A stretch of DNA of 64,000 nt from Bryobacteraceae bacterium (GCA_035631295.1 DASQJB010000200.1:2227-66226), one strand, 5' to 3'; positions 37,401 through 46,521 are shown, numbered from the stretch's first letter. Notes: generated from the sequence alone by a model not told the origin. Numbers and translations are program-made.

Positions 37401-37636
37401 GTGACCAATATCCACGAGGCGAAAACCCATTTATCCAGGTTCGTAGACGGTGCCGCAGCTGGAGAGGAAATCGTGATTGCGAAGGCGGGCAAGCCGATGG
37501 CGAGGGCGGTGCATTTCGGAAGGCCCCGCCGAAACGGAAGCTAGGGGGATGGAAGGGCAAGGTCTGGATCGCTCCGGATTTCGATGAGCTCCCACCGGAG
37601 ATCCTGGCTCCGTTCAACAAAGGCGAGGCGTTTTGA
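37401..37636 (+). pseudogene. Phd/YefM-family antitoxin, frameshifted, without a cognate toxin gene
   Basis: From GTG 37401: TNIHEAKTHLSRFVDGAAAGEEIVIAKAGKPMARAV, then a premature TAG at 37542-37544. The -1 frame continues KAPPKRKLGGWKGKVWIAPDFDELPPEILAPFNKGEAF* with TGA at 37634-37636. Only 33 nt remain before the next gene. Confidence 0.7.
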
Positions 37637-37669
37637 ATACGGCGCCACAGTATGCTGGCGTAGATGCGT

Positions 37670-38887
37670 TCACGGTAGCTTCAGCTCGGCCACCGTCTCC
37701 AGGTGGTACGTCTGCGGAAACAGGTCGACCATGGTCAGCCGTTCAATAGAGTATGCGGACAACGCCGCCAGGTCGCGCGCCAGAGTCGCCGGATCGCAGG
37801 AAACGATCGTGAGGCGCGGCGGCCGAAGCCTGAGCAATTCCTCCACGACGCTTTTGTCTAAGCCCGCGCGCGGAGGATCAGCGAGGACAAAATCGGGCGT
37901 GACGTCAAGCGCGTGCAAATAATCCTCGACGCGGGCGTGCTCAACGCGGACGTTCGCTCCCGCGCGGTCAGCGTTAAATTCCAAATCGCGGACCGCGCTC
38001 GCGCCGCCTTCCACCGCGACCACTGAGCCGAATTTCCGGGCCATGGGAATTGCGAACAGGCCAACCCCAGCGTAAAGGTCCAGCGCTGTATGGCCGCTGT
38101 CGGAAGGGCCTCCGGCGTCGCCCAACGCTGTCTCCATCAGTTTCTCAATCAAAAACCGGTTCACCTGGAAGAACGACCGAGGGCTTACGCGGAAGGCTCC
38201 GAAAGAGGTTGGGTAATCGAGGGCGACGGAAGATTCAAACCATTCAAAGAACGCCCGCGCCACGGGGCGATCCGATTCGAGAATGTTCACTTGCAGATCG
38301 GTTTCGTTGGTAAATAGTTCCAGCGAGCGGACGAAACGCGGAAAGTGTGGATCTTTCAGTCGCCCGCGCACGGCGGCAATCGCCTGATTGATGCGGGGCG
38401 AAGAGATGGGGCACTCGCCTTCCACCGCCACCAGTTCGTGCGATCCCGCCGCCAGGTATCCGATGCGGCTTTCTTTGACGTGCAACTGGACGCGATTGCG
38501 GTATCCAAAGGGATCTCCGCTTACGATGCCGATCTCGCCGGGGTATTCGATCTTGCCCACTCTCCGGAGTTGCTCGCGTAAAACCTCGGCCTTGCGCGCG
38601 AGCTGGAATTCGTAAGGCGCGTGCTGATAATGGCAGCCTCCGCACCGACTGAATATGGGACAGGGCGCGGAGACTCGCTCGGGCGCCTGCTCGACTACTT
38701 CCACCAGTTTCGCGTGGACTCCGGCATCCTCGATTCGGACCTTTTCGCCGGGCAGCGTGAAGGGAACAAGCACCACTCTGCCGTCAATCCGCGCCAGCCC
38801 GGCGCCCCCATAAACCCACTTCTCGACGGTGACAACGGGCTCGCGCGGGGACGCTTCGTTTACGATGGAAGTTCCTCTATCGCTCAA
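37670..38887 (-). CDS. RumA/TrmA-family RNA (uracil-C5)-methyltransferase with TRAM domain and Fe-S Cys motif
   Basis: TRAM-like VTVEKWVYGGAGLARIDGRVVLVPFTLPGEKV. Cys cluster PCPIFSRCGGCHYQH. SAM fold ALDLYAGVGLFAI and DPPRAG. The nearest in-frame start is TTG 38887 (alternative: an upstream GTG). The ORF-track extension to 39415 overlaps trpS and was rejected. Confidence 0.75.
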   Translation of the reverse strand: MSDRGTSIVNEASPREPVVTVEKWVYGGAGLARIDGRVVLVPFTLPGEKVRIEDAGVHAKLVEVVEQAPERVSAPCPIFSRCGGCHYQHAPYEFQLARKAEVLREQLRRVGKIEYPGEIGIVSGDPFGYRNRVQLHVKESRIGYLAAGSHELVAVEGECPISSPRINQAIAAVRGRLKDPHFPRFVRSLELFTNETDLQVNILESDRPVARAFFEWFESSVALDYPTSFGAFRVSPRSFFQVNRFLIEKLMETALGDAGGPSDSGHTALDLYAGVGLFAIPMARKFGSVVAVEGGASAVRDLEFNADRAGANVRVEHARVEDYLHALDVTPDFVLADPPRAGLDKSVVEELLRLRPPRLTIVSCDPATLARDLAALSAYSIERLTMVDLFPQTYHLETVAELKLP

Positions 38888-39877
38888 ATGAAGAAACGAG
38901 TTCTCTCCGGCATCCAGCCGACCGGCAGCCCGCACATCGGAAATTATCTGGGCGCTCTGAAAAACTGGGCCAAAATCCAGTACGACTACGATAGCATCTA
39001 CTGCATTGTCGACCTGCACGCCATCACCGTCTACCAAGATCCTCTGGAACTGCGAAACAAGATTGAGGAGCTGGCAGGTCTGCTGCTGGCGGTCGGCATC
39101 GATCCCACGCATTCGGCATTGGTGGTCCAATCTTCGGTGCCCGAGCATGCGGAACTGGCCTGGATGCTGACCTGCGTCACGCCGGTCGGGTGGCTCGAGC
39201 GCATGACGCAATACAAGGCGAAGGGGGAGGAGCAAGAAAGCGTCGGCGACGGGCTGTTGCAATATCCTGTGCTGATGGCCGCTGACATTCTTCTTTATCA
39301 GGCGGCCATTGTTCCCGTGGGGGAAGATCAGAAGCAGCATCTGGAGCTGTCTCGCGACATAGCCCAGCGTTTCAATTCGCTCTATGGCGAGACGTTCGTC
39401 ATGCCGAATACGCATCTGCCCACGGTGGGCGCGCGCATCATGGGTCTGGACGATCCGGAAAAAAAGATGAGCAAATCCACGCCGGGTTCCTCACACGCCA
39501 TCAGCCTGCTGGACCCCCCTAACGTGATTCGCAAAAAGATCATGCGGGCCACTACCGATTCGAATCCGGCCGTCGATTTCGAAAATCTGGGGCCGGGCGT
39601 GCAAAACCTGTTAACCATCTTCCAGGCTTTCTCAGAATGGTCTGACGACCGCATGCGGGATCATTTCATAGGCATGCGCTACGGCGATCTGAAGAAGCAG
39701 GTGGCGGACACGGTGGTGGAAGCGCTGGAGCCTGTCCAGCAGCGCTACCACAAGATCAGGCAGGAATCGGGGTACATCGAAAAGGTTCTCGAGGAAGGCG
39801 CGCTCCGCGTGGGGCCGATCGCGCGCGGTACCGTGCACAAAGCGAAAAAAGCGATGGGACTGTTTACTTCGGATTAG
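38888..39877 (+). CDS. trpS: Tryptophan--tRNA ligase
   Basis: MKKRVLSGIQPTGSPHIGNYLGA (HIGH-type motif), KMSKS, ~329 aa. Confidence 0.92.
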   Translation: MKKRVLSGIQPTGSPHIGNYLGALKNWAKIQYDYDSIYCIVDLHAITVYQDPLELRNKIEELAGLLLAVGIDPTHSALVVQSSVPEHAELAWMLTCVTPVGWLERMTQYKAKGEEQESVGDGLLQYPVLMAADILLYQAAIVPVGEDQKQHLELSRDIAQRFNSLYGETFVMPNTHLPTVGARIMGLDDPEKKMSKSTPGSSHAISLLDPPNVIRKKIMRATTDSNPAVDFENLGPGVQNLLTIFQAFSEWSDDRMRDHFIGMRYGDLKKQVADTVVEALEPVQQRYHKIRQESGYIEKVLEEGALRVGPIARGTVHKAKKAMGLFTSD

Positions 39878-39882
39878 CGAGG

Positions 39883-40671
39883 CTATTTCGCCGGACCGAC
39901 GCCGAAATCCCAAATCTGGGGATTCACGGCGCCTTCGGTATATTCGATCAGGGCGTATTCGCCCGGCTCAAGCGGCATCTCGGGCCAGATTTTGAAAAGC
40001 TGTTCGCCCACTTCTTTCTTGAAGGTCGGGACAATCTGGCGCTCCTCGGTGGTTTCCTGGGTCACCTGAAGTACGGTGACATTCTCCACGACGCGCAGCG
40101 TCTTCTTTGGCGCCAATTTTACGATGGCGAATCCTTCGATATCGGACAGGCGGAAATAGAATTCCGGCCGGTCCTCCGTAATCCGGAACTGCGCAGCGCC
40201 GCCATCCACTTCCACTGTGCTCTTCCCCGGCACCATGGGAATCGGGGAAATGATTTTCAGTATGTTGCGCTTTTTGTCATTGACAATTTTGACTTCGGCC
40301 TGCTTCAGAGGATCCAGTTTTTCACCGTGAATGTAATATGCGCCATGCTCCTGCGGAATTCGGCCGACCTCCTCGCGCGCAGCGCGGATCGCGGCGTCCT
40401 CTTCATCTTGTTCCTTGGCTTCCTTCTTGATCGTTTCCTCGCGCGCGACGGCCTCTTTCTTGGTTCGTTCCAGATCCACCAGATCGAGCGGCAATTCTTC
40501 CCATTCGCCGCGCTCTGCGCTTAGGTACTTCACGCGGTCCAGGAGCACCTGGTATTCGCGAGCCAACTGATAATTCCCGTCCTTCAGATATAGGCGAATG
40601 GTTTGAGCCATTGCCGGAATCCCGAATAAAATGACGGCGAGCGGCAGAAGAACAAAAAACCGCAACTTCAT
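39883..40671 (-). CDS. Secreted hypothetical protein
   Basis: ATG 40671 gives a signal peptide (MKLRFFVLLPLAVILFGIPAMAQ). Charged coiled-coil segment in the middle. Lies 8 nt downstream of the preceding gene. Confidence 0.6.
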   Translation of the reverse strand: MKLRFFVLLPLAVILFGIPAMAQTIRLYLKDGNYQLAREYQVLLDRVKYLSAERGEWEELPLDLVDLERTKKEAVAREETIKKEAKEQDEEDAAIRAAREEVGRIPQEHGAYYIHGEKLDPLKQAEVKIVNDKKRNILKIISPIPMVPGKSTVEVDGGAAQFRITEDRPEFYFRLSDIEGFAIVKLAPKKTLRVVENVTVLQVTQETTEERQIVPTFKKEVGEQLFKIWPEMPLEPGEYALIEYTEGAVNPQIWDFGVGPAK

Positions 40672-40678
40672 GCCTCTA

Positions 40679-42460
40679 TTATGGGGCAGCGGATGGCCGC
40701 GGGCTCGGGGTCGCAAGACTCTTGTAGGCGGCCTCGACGAAGATGTCCGTGGTCCACGGGCCTGCCGTTGCGCCGTACAGCGGATCGTAATCGAGCGTGG
40801 GGCGCGCAGCCGTGACCTGCTCCAGGGTCATGCCCTTGGCGATCATCGCGCGCAGACGGTCGCGGACGATGGCCAGCATGTCGCGATACTCCAGCACGTC
40901 GGCCTCGTCGCAAAGCCTGCCGTGGCCGGGAATCACCATTGTGCCGCCCTCCTCGGCTTTAGCAGGGATGGCCAAATCGAGAACGCGATTCAGCCCATCT
41001 ATAATTCCCTCAAGGCTCCCTCCCCGCGCCAGATCGATCACCGGATAGCGATCGGTGTCCATGATGTCGCCCGTGGCGATCACGTCGGAACGCCGGAAGA
41101 AGACTATGCTGTCGCCGTCAGTGTGCGCCGCGGGCGGATGATGCAACTCGATCGCTTCGCCGTCGAAGAACAGCTCGTTGCGGCCGCCGATGTATGTCTC
41201 GGTAGGCCAGGCTTCGGACGGATAATCTTTCATGCGCGCGGCCACCGGATCGCTGGCGATGATCTCCGCTGCCTGGGCGGCGGTGGCGAAAGGAGTGTTC
41301 ACCAGTTCGATGTGTCGCGATGAGCCGTTGATGTTTGCCACGGCTTCGTTGGCGCCGACATGATCGGCATCCGCGCTGGTGTTCAGGATGTAGCGGATCG
41401 GGCGCGGGGAGATCTTGCGCACTGCCGCCAGCGTCTTGTCTCGCCGTTCGGCCGCGCCCGTGTCCACCAGCAGCACTCCCTGTTCGCTCGCCTGCACCGC
41501 GATGTTTCCACCCGCGCCGACAAGCATCGAGACATTGCCCTGCACGGGAACGATTTGGATCTCCGCCGGAAGAGCGGGAGGCGGAACGGCCCGATTCTTC
41601 GTGACCAAGCCGCCAGTCGACGTCTTCATGCTCGAACGGTATTCGGGAAACATGGTTTCCGGGCCGCCAAGAGCAGCAGCCTCGGGAATTCCGAAGCGGT
41701 TCGGGAATTCTTTCAGGAACGGGTTTTCACCGGGCAGATAGTTTGGCACGTCGCCTTTCGGCCGCTCCGAGAGTTCTTGAACGTATCGGCAGGGATATAC
41801 CCACTGAATGTCGTTGCCGTTCAGAGTGAGCACAAAGTCTTCGCTCTTAATCAGCGGCTCCGTTAAATAGACCGGGTCATGGAGAATCATCACGTGCGTC
41901 AGATGATCGCCGTGACGGATGAAGTGCTCGGTCATCGTGGCCTGATCGCTCTGCGGAAGGCCGTTGCGGCGGATCCAGCCCTGCTTGATATGCGTGGTGT
42001 AGACCGTGAGGATGTCTCCCTCCCACTTCCCGGTCGAAAATCCCATCCAGGTGTGAGGCGCGTAATCGGGAGGATGTGGGCGGCCATCCATCCAGACGGT
42101 TCGCGTTTGCGAATAGGTGCTGATGTAGTTCTTGATCGCGATCACTTGCTGCGTCTCGGGATCTTTCTCTTCCCAGATGCGCAGGTTATTCGGCCCTCGG
42201 TAAATATAGGGCGAGACGTGCACGCGGCACTGCTGTTCTTGCAGCGTGAGCCGCGAGGCGTTCCAGCTTTCCGCCCTCAGCCGCGCCGCGTCGTTGATGG
42301 GGAGGCCTAGATAATCCCCCAAATCGGGTCCGGGGAGCCGCTCGGTCTGGTCTTCGTGAAATTGGGGCGTCCACTCCCCCGCCAGAAGAACTTGCCCTGG
42401 CGCCGGGCGCTCTGAGAGCCCGCCGAGTAACACAGCCAAAGTAAGTAAGCGATTGCGCAT
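40679..42460 (-). CDS. Secreted protein with an N-terminal domain of unknown function and a C-terminal MBL-fold metallo-hydrolase domain
   Basis: Signal peptide. C-terminal half: LVDTGAA ... ILNTSADADHVGANEA ... HTDGDS ... IPGHG. Confidence 0.7.
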   Translation of the reverse strand: MRNRLLTLAVLLGGLSERPAPGQVLLAGEWTPQFHEDQTERLPGPDLGDYLGLPINDAARLRAESWNASRLTLQEQQCRVHVSPYIYRGPNNLRIWEEKDPETQQVIAIKNYISTYSQTRTVWMDGRPHPPDYAPHTWMGFSTGKWEGDILTVYTTHIKQGWIRRNGLPQSDQATMTEHFIRHGDHLTHVMILHDPVYLTEPLIKSEDFVLTLNGNDIQWVYPCRYVQELSERPKGDVPNYLPGENPFLKEFPNRFGIPEAAALGGPETMFPEYRSSMKTSTGGLVTKNRAVPPPALPAEIQIVPVQGNVSMLVGAGGNIAVQASEQGVLLVDTGAAERRDKTLAAVRKISPRPIRYILNTSADADHVGANEAVANINGSSRHIELVNTPFATAAQAAEIIASDPVAARMKDYPSEAWPTETYIGGRNELFFDGEAIELHHPPAAHTDGDSIVFFRRSDVIATGDIMDTDRYPVIDLARGGSLEGIIDGLNRVLDLAIPAKAEEGGTMVIPGHGRLCDEADVLEYRDMLAIVRDRLRAMIAKGMTLEQVTAARPTLDYDPLYGATAGPWTTDIFVEAAYKSLATPSPRPSAAP

Positions 42461-42480
42461 GCGACGTCCAAGCTGCGGTT

Positions 42481-42503
42481 CATTATATCGGACGGATATA
42501 ATG
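42481..42503. promoter_or_regulatory. Perfect 9-bp AT-rich inverted repeat presenting a TATAAT hexamer on each strand (possible bidirectional promoter/operator)
   Basis: CATTATATC-GGACG-GATATAATG, in the divergent intergenic region between the gene starts at 42460 (-) and 42572 (+). Confidence 0.4.
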
Positions 42504-42571
42504 GCGAGCGTCGTGCAAGCGGGTTCGCGCCTGAGCGCTCCAACCCGTTAGGAGTCGGGTTTAGGGGCAAG

Positions 42572-43420
42572 ATGAAGGAACACAAGATTGCGGGCGGCGG
42601 CGGCGTCCAACTCCACTTAGTTGAAACCGGGAACACGAACGGACGCCCGATCCTCTTCATTCACGGGTTTTCCCAGTGTTGGCGCTCCTGGGTGCGCCAA
42701 TTGCACTCGGACCTAGCCGATGACCATCGCTTGATAGCGATGGACATGCGCGGCCACGGGCTCTCGGACAAACCTCGCGAGGGCTATAACAACTCTCGAG
42801 TTTGGGCTGACGACGTGAAGTGCGCTATATCGGCCTTGCACCTGGACCACCCTATCCTCTGTGGGTGGTCCTATGGGCCGCTCCCGATTTTCGACTACAT
42901 TCGCCATTACGGCGAGGACCAAATCGGCGGCGTCCACATCGTCGGCGGGATTTCCAAGCTAGGCGGCGAGGAGGCTATATCTGTATTGACGCCCGAGTTT
43001 CTGAATCTCCTGACAGGCTTCTTTTCCACCGAAGTAGAAGCGAGCGTGCGCAGCCTGGGCAGTCTGTTGCGCCTGTGCTTCGCCCGGGAGCCCGCTTGGG
43101 AGGATCTGTGCCTGATGCTGGGGTACAATCTCTCCGTTCCCCCCTCGGTTCGTGAAGCCTTGCTCTTTCGTTCGGTCGACAACGACGACATCCTGCCGAA
43201 GATTCGGAAGCCTGTATTGATAACGCACGGCGCCGCGGATAAGATCATTAAGTTCGAAATAATGGATCAGCATAAGGCGCGCATAGTTCACGCGCAGACC
43301 CACGTCGTAGCCAACGCCGGGCACGCACCCTTCTGGGACGATGCGGACGATTTTAACCGGCGATTGCGCGCCTTCGCCGGTAGCCTTCAGGATTCGGCTA
43401 CGAGCGGAAGCGCAGCCTAA
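42572..43420 (+). CDS. Alpha/beta hydrolase
   Basis: PILFIHGFSQ, nucleophile elbow CGWSYGP, C-terminal NAGHAPFWD. Confidence 0.85.
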   Translation: MKEHKIAGGGGVQLHLVETGNTNGRPILFIHGFSQCWRSWVRQLHSDLADDHRLIAMDMRGHGLSDKPREGYNNSRVWADDVKCAISALHLDHPILCGWSYGPLPIFDYIRHYGEDQIGGVHIVGGISKLGGEEAISVLTPEFLNLLTGFFSTEVEASVRSLGSLLRLCFAREPAWEDLCLMLGYNLSVPPSVREALLFRSVDNDDILPKIRKPVLITHGAADKIIKFEIMDQHKARIVHAQTHVVANAGHAPFWDDADDFNRRLRAFAGSLQDSATSGSAA

Positions 43421-43542
43421 ACTCTGCGGCCCGTTCAACGGAAAGGCCTCCAGCGCGCCGGCTGATCTCACGAGCTGCGCATACAGCGGCTTGAATGGCC
43501 AGAGGCGCCGCCGCGCTAGAATGGCCTGAGCACTCCCAACAA

Positions 43543-45084
43543 ATGACAATTCTCGGAATCGGTGGACTGCTCGGCGACCCCGCTTGCGCGGTCCTCAAAG
43601 ACGGCGAGTTGAAAGCCGCTGTCGAAGAAACCAAAGTGACCCGCGGCTTCCGGCCTGGCGAGATGCCGCAGACGTCGATCAGCGAATGCCTGCGCCTAGC
43701 GGGCGCGACTGCCGACGAAGTGGAGTGCGTGGCCGTAGCGCGCCCGTTCGCGCGCGGGCCGGAATCGATCTTTCATCTCGCCTTGCGGCATCAGTTTCCA
43801 AACGCGGAAGTGGTGGTGGTGGAGCATCATCAGGCCCACGCGGCGTCGGCTTTCTTCGCCTCTCCTTTTGAAGAGGCGACGGTGCTCACTCTCGACCACT
43901 CCGGCGACTTTCGATGCGGCGCGCTGTGGCGGGCCAGCGGCAATGAAATCCACGTGGAGAAGGAGTGGTACTACCCGGATTCGCTCGGGCGGCTCTATGG
44001 CGCCGTCACGGAGTTCCTTGGCTTCCGCGCCCGCGCCGACGAACATAAAGTCCAGTGGCTTTCCGCCTCGGGCGACGAATGTCTGGCGCCGCTCTTCCGG
44101 GAGATCCTTTCTCGCTCGACGCGGCTCGATCCTTCCTTTTTCGACGCCAGCCGTCATGCGGGAGGAGGGTTCAGCGCCAAGTTCCACGAGCGAGTCAGCA
44201 AAGCCGATGCAGCTTCGGTCGCGCGCGGTCTCCAGGAGGCCGTGCAAGAGACAGTCCTGGCGATGGCGGGCGAGGGCGAGAACCTTTGCCTGGCGGGCGG
44301 CCTGTTTTTCAACGCCCTGCTTATCGAGCACATCGAGCACAGCGGCAAGTGGAAGAACGTCTTTGTACAGGCGGCGGCGGGAAATGCGGGGACCGCGCTG
44401 GGCGCCGTGTTTCACGTCTGGCATCAGATGCGACGCAATCCACGCAGGCCGGATGGCGCATCGCTGCTGCTCGGCGCCAGCTATGATGCCGCCGAAATCA
44501 AGAAAGTGTTGGAGAACTGCAAGTTGCGCTTCCAATATCTGCGCTCCACCCATGAGCTCCTGGCGAGCGCGGTGCGGCTTTTGGGGGAACAAAAAATCCT
44601 GGCGTGGATGCAAGGCCGCATGGAGTTCGGCCCGCGAGCGCTCGGCAATCGCAGCATCCTGGCGTCGCCGCTGGATCCTTATTCCACCGAAAACCTGAAC
44701 GTTTTCATCAAGCACCGGGAGCCATTCCGGAAATTTGCGGCATCCGTGCCCGCGGAATTGGCGAGCCAGTACTTCGAGGTAGGGCCAAACGCGCGCAACC
44801 TCGCGACCGTGGGCCGGGTTCTTCCTGAGCATCGGAAAACCTTCGCCTCAGCGATTCTCGGGCGCGATCTGATCCGCGTCCACACGGTGGAAGAAAGGGA
44901 AAATCCTCTTTACCACCGGCTGTTGCATTGCGCCGGCTCCGCCACTGGCCTCCCGGTTCTGTACAACACCAGCTTCAACTTGTTCGGCGACCCTCTTGTC
45001 TCCACTCCCCGCGACGCAGTCCGAAGCTTTTACTCCTCTGGTATCGACGCGCTATTCGTGGGAAACTTCCTGCTGGAAAAGTAG
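43543..45084 (+). CDS. Carbamoyltransferase (NodU/CmcH family)
   Basis: MTILGIGG ... DPACAVLKDGEL ... HHQAHAASAF, and a C-terminal domain with GRMEFGPRALGNRSILA. Confidence 0.85.
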   Translation: MTILGIGGLLGDPACAVLKDGELKAAVEETKVTRGFRPGEMPQTSISECLRLAGATADEVECVAVARPFARGPESIFHLALRHQFPNAEVVVVEHHQAHAASAFFASPFEEATVLTLDHSGDFRCGALWRASGNEIHVEKEWYYPDSLGRLYGAVTEFLGFRARADEHKVQWLSASGDECLAPLFREILSRSTRLDPSFFDASRHAGGGFSAKFHERVSKADAASVARGLQEAVQETVLAMAGEGENLCLAGGLFFNALLIEHIEHSGKWKNVFVQAAAGNAGTALGAVFHVWHQMRRNPRRPDGASLLLGASYDAAEIKKVLENCKLRFQYLRSTHELLASAVRLLGEQKILAWMQGRMEFGPRALGNRSILASPLDPYSTENLNVFIKHREPFRKFAASVPAELASQYFEVGPNARNLATVGRVLPEHRKTFASAILGRDLIRVHTVEERENPLYHRLLHCAGSATGLPVLYNTSFNLFGDPLVSTPRDAVRSFYSSGIDALFVGNFLLEK

Positions 45085-45195
45085 CCCAGCCAGATGAAAT
45101 CGGTCCTTGCGCCAAATCCCGCCATGGTGTTATGATTGCCCCCAATACGACGCACGAACCGACCGGCTGACAGGTTAGGGAAGGAGATTCAACCT

Positions 45196-46521
45196 ATGGA
45201 ACGCAAAGTGAAAATCGGAGCTGGATTTGTGACGGTTCTGGCCTCGCTCGGCATCGCCGCTTCCATTTTGGAAAGGCGCGCCATCGTCGAAGCCGCCGGA
45301 GTCCAGGCGCCCCGATTCGAAGTGGACGTGATGTGGCCCAAGCCGTTGCCGAATCACTGGGTGGTGGGCAACGTCATCGGGGTTTCCGTCGATGATAAAG
45401 ACCACATCTGGATTGTTCACCGGCAAGGTTCGCTCGAAGCAATGGAAGACTACGCCGTCGCGAACCCGCCGGGTCCCAAGCGGCGGGCGGGCAGGATCGA
45501 AGCCGAATGCTGCGCGCCGGCGCCGGCGGTTCTCGAATTCGATGAAGACGGCAACCTGCTCCGCTCTTGGGGCGGCCCCGAGGACGCCAAGAGAGGCGGC
45601 TATGTGTGGCCCAATTCGAATCACGGAATCACGGTCGATTATAAGGGCAACGTGTGGGTCGGCGGTAACGGCCGCAACGCGGCGCCGACCGCCGAAGAAG
45701 GCGGTCCCGCTCCGGCGCAGACCAAGCAAGCCGAGAAAGGCAAGCAAGGCGGCCGCGGACCCGCATTCAACCCCGCTGCTTTCCACGACAGCTATCTCAT
45801 GAAGTTTACCCAGGAAGGCAAGCTCCTGATGCAGATCGGCAAGCCGTCGTCCAGCCATGGCAGCAACGATGTCGAAAACCTGGGCTTGCCGGCGAAGACA
45901 TTCGTGGATCCAAAGACCAACGAACTGTACGTCGCCGACGGCTACGGTAATCATCGAGTCATTGTGTTCGACGCCGATACCGGAAAATACAAACGGCACT
46001 GGGGCGCTTACGGCAACAAGCCGGACGATACGCCGCTGGGCAACTACGAGCCCGACGCGCCCGTTTCCCAGCAGTTCCGCAATCCCGTGCATTGCGCCGA
46101 GCTATCGCGCGACAACCTGCTCTACGTCTGCGATCGCGTCAACGACCGCATTCAGGTCTTCAAACCGGATGGGACGTTCGTCAAGGAACAGGTCGTCGCC
46201 AAAAACACGTTGGGCGACGGGTCGGCTTGGGATATCGCGTTTTCCAAGGACCCGCAGCAGAAGTACATTTTCCTGGCAGACGGCTCGAACGAAAAAATCT
46301 ACATCATGCAGCGGGACACACTAGAGATTCTTACCAGCTTCGGCGACGGCGGGCGTCAGCCCGGCCAATTTTACGCCGTGCACAGCATCGCCACGGATTC
46401 CAAGGGCAACATCTTCACGACCGAGACTTACCGCGGGCAGCGCCTTCAGAAATTCGTCTACAAAGGCATGGCGCCGGTGACCAAGAAGGATCAAGGCGTA
46501 GTTTGGCCAAAAAAGGGGTGA
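45196..46521 (+). CDS. NHL repeat-containing protein (peptidyl-alpha-hydroxyglycine lyase-like propeller), membrane-anchored or secreted
   Basis: GGGAAGGAG lies upstream of ATG 45196. NHL-type blades: LYVADGYGNHRVIVFDADTG, LYVCDRVNDRIQVFKPDG, GQFYAVHSIATDSKGNIFTTE. Confidence 0.75.
   Translation: MERKVKIGAGFVTVLASLGIAASILERRAIVEAAGVQAPRFEVDVMWPKPLPNHWVVGNVIGVSVDDKDHIWIVHRQGSLEAMEDYAVANPPGPKRRAGRIEAECCAPAPAVLEFDEDGNLLRSWGGPEDAKRGGYVWPNSNHGITVDYKGNVWVGGNGRNAAPTAEEGGPAPAQTKQAEKGKQGGRGPAFNPAAFHDSYLMKFTQEGKLLMQIGKPSSSHGSNDVENLGLPAKTFVDPKTNELYVADGYGNHRVIVFDADTGKYKRHWGAYGNKPDDTPLGNYEPDAPVSQQFRNPVHCAELSRDNLLYVCDRVNDRIQVFKPDGTFVKEQVVAKNTLGDGSAWDIAFSKDPQQKYIFLADGSNEKIYIMQRDTLEILTSFGDGGRQPGQFYAVHSIATDSKGNIFTTETYRGQRLQKFVYKGMAPVTKKDQGVVWPKKG

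Noticed and set aside
38888-39415. N-terminal 176 aa of the 581-aa minus-strand ORF 37670-39415
   Set aside because: This part is antisense to the well-supported trpS gene and has no homology-like features. The methyltransferase's TRAM domain begins only at about 38840, so the gene was trimmed to the TTG at 38887.
43696-44832. 378-aa minus-strand ORF, plus the 276-aa plus-strand ORF at 43868-44698
   Set aside because: Both overlap the carbamoyltransferase gene, whose frame carries the family motifs. Both alternative frames are Arg/Ala/Pro-rich junk.
45175-46092. 305-aa minus-strand ORF
   Set aside because: Antisense to the NHL-repeat gene; no motifs; composition typical of an out-of-frame GC-rich translation.
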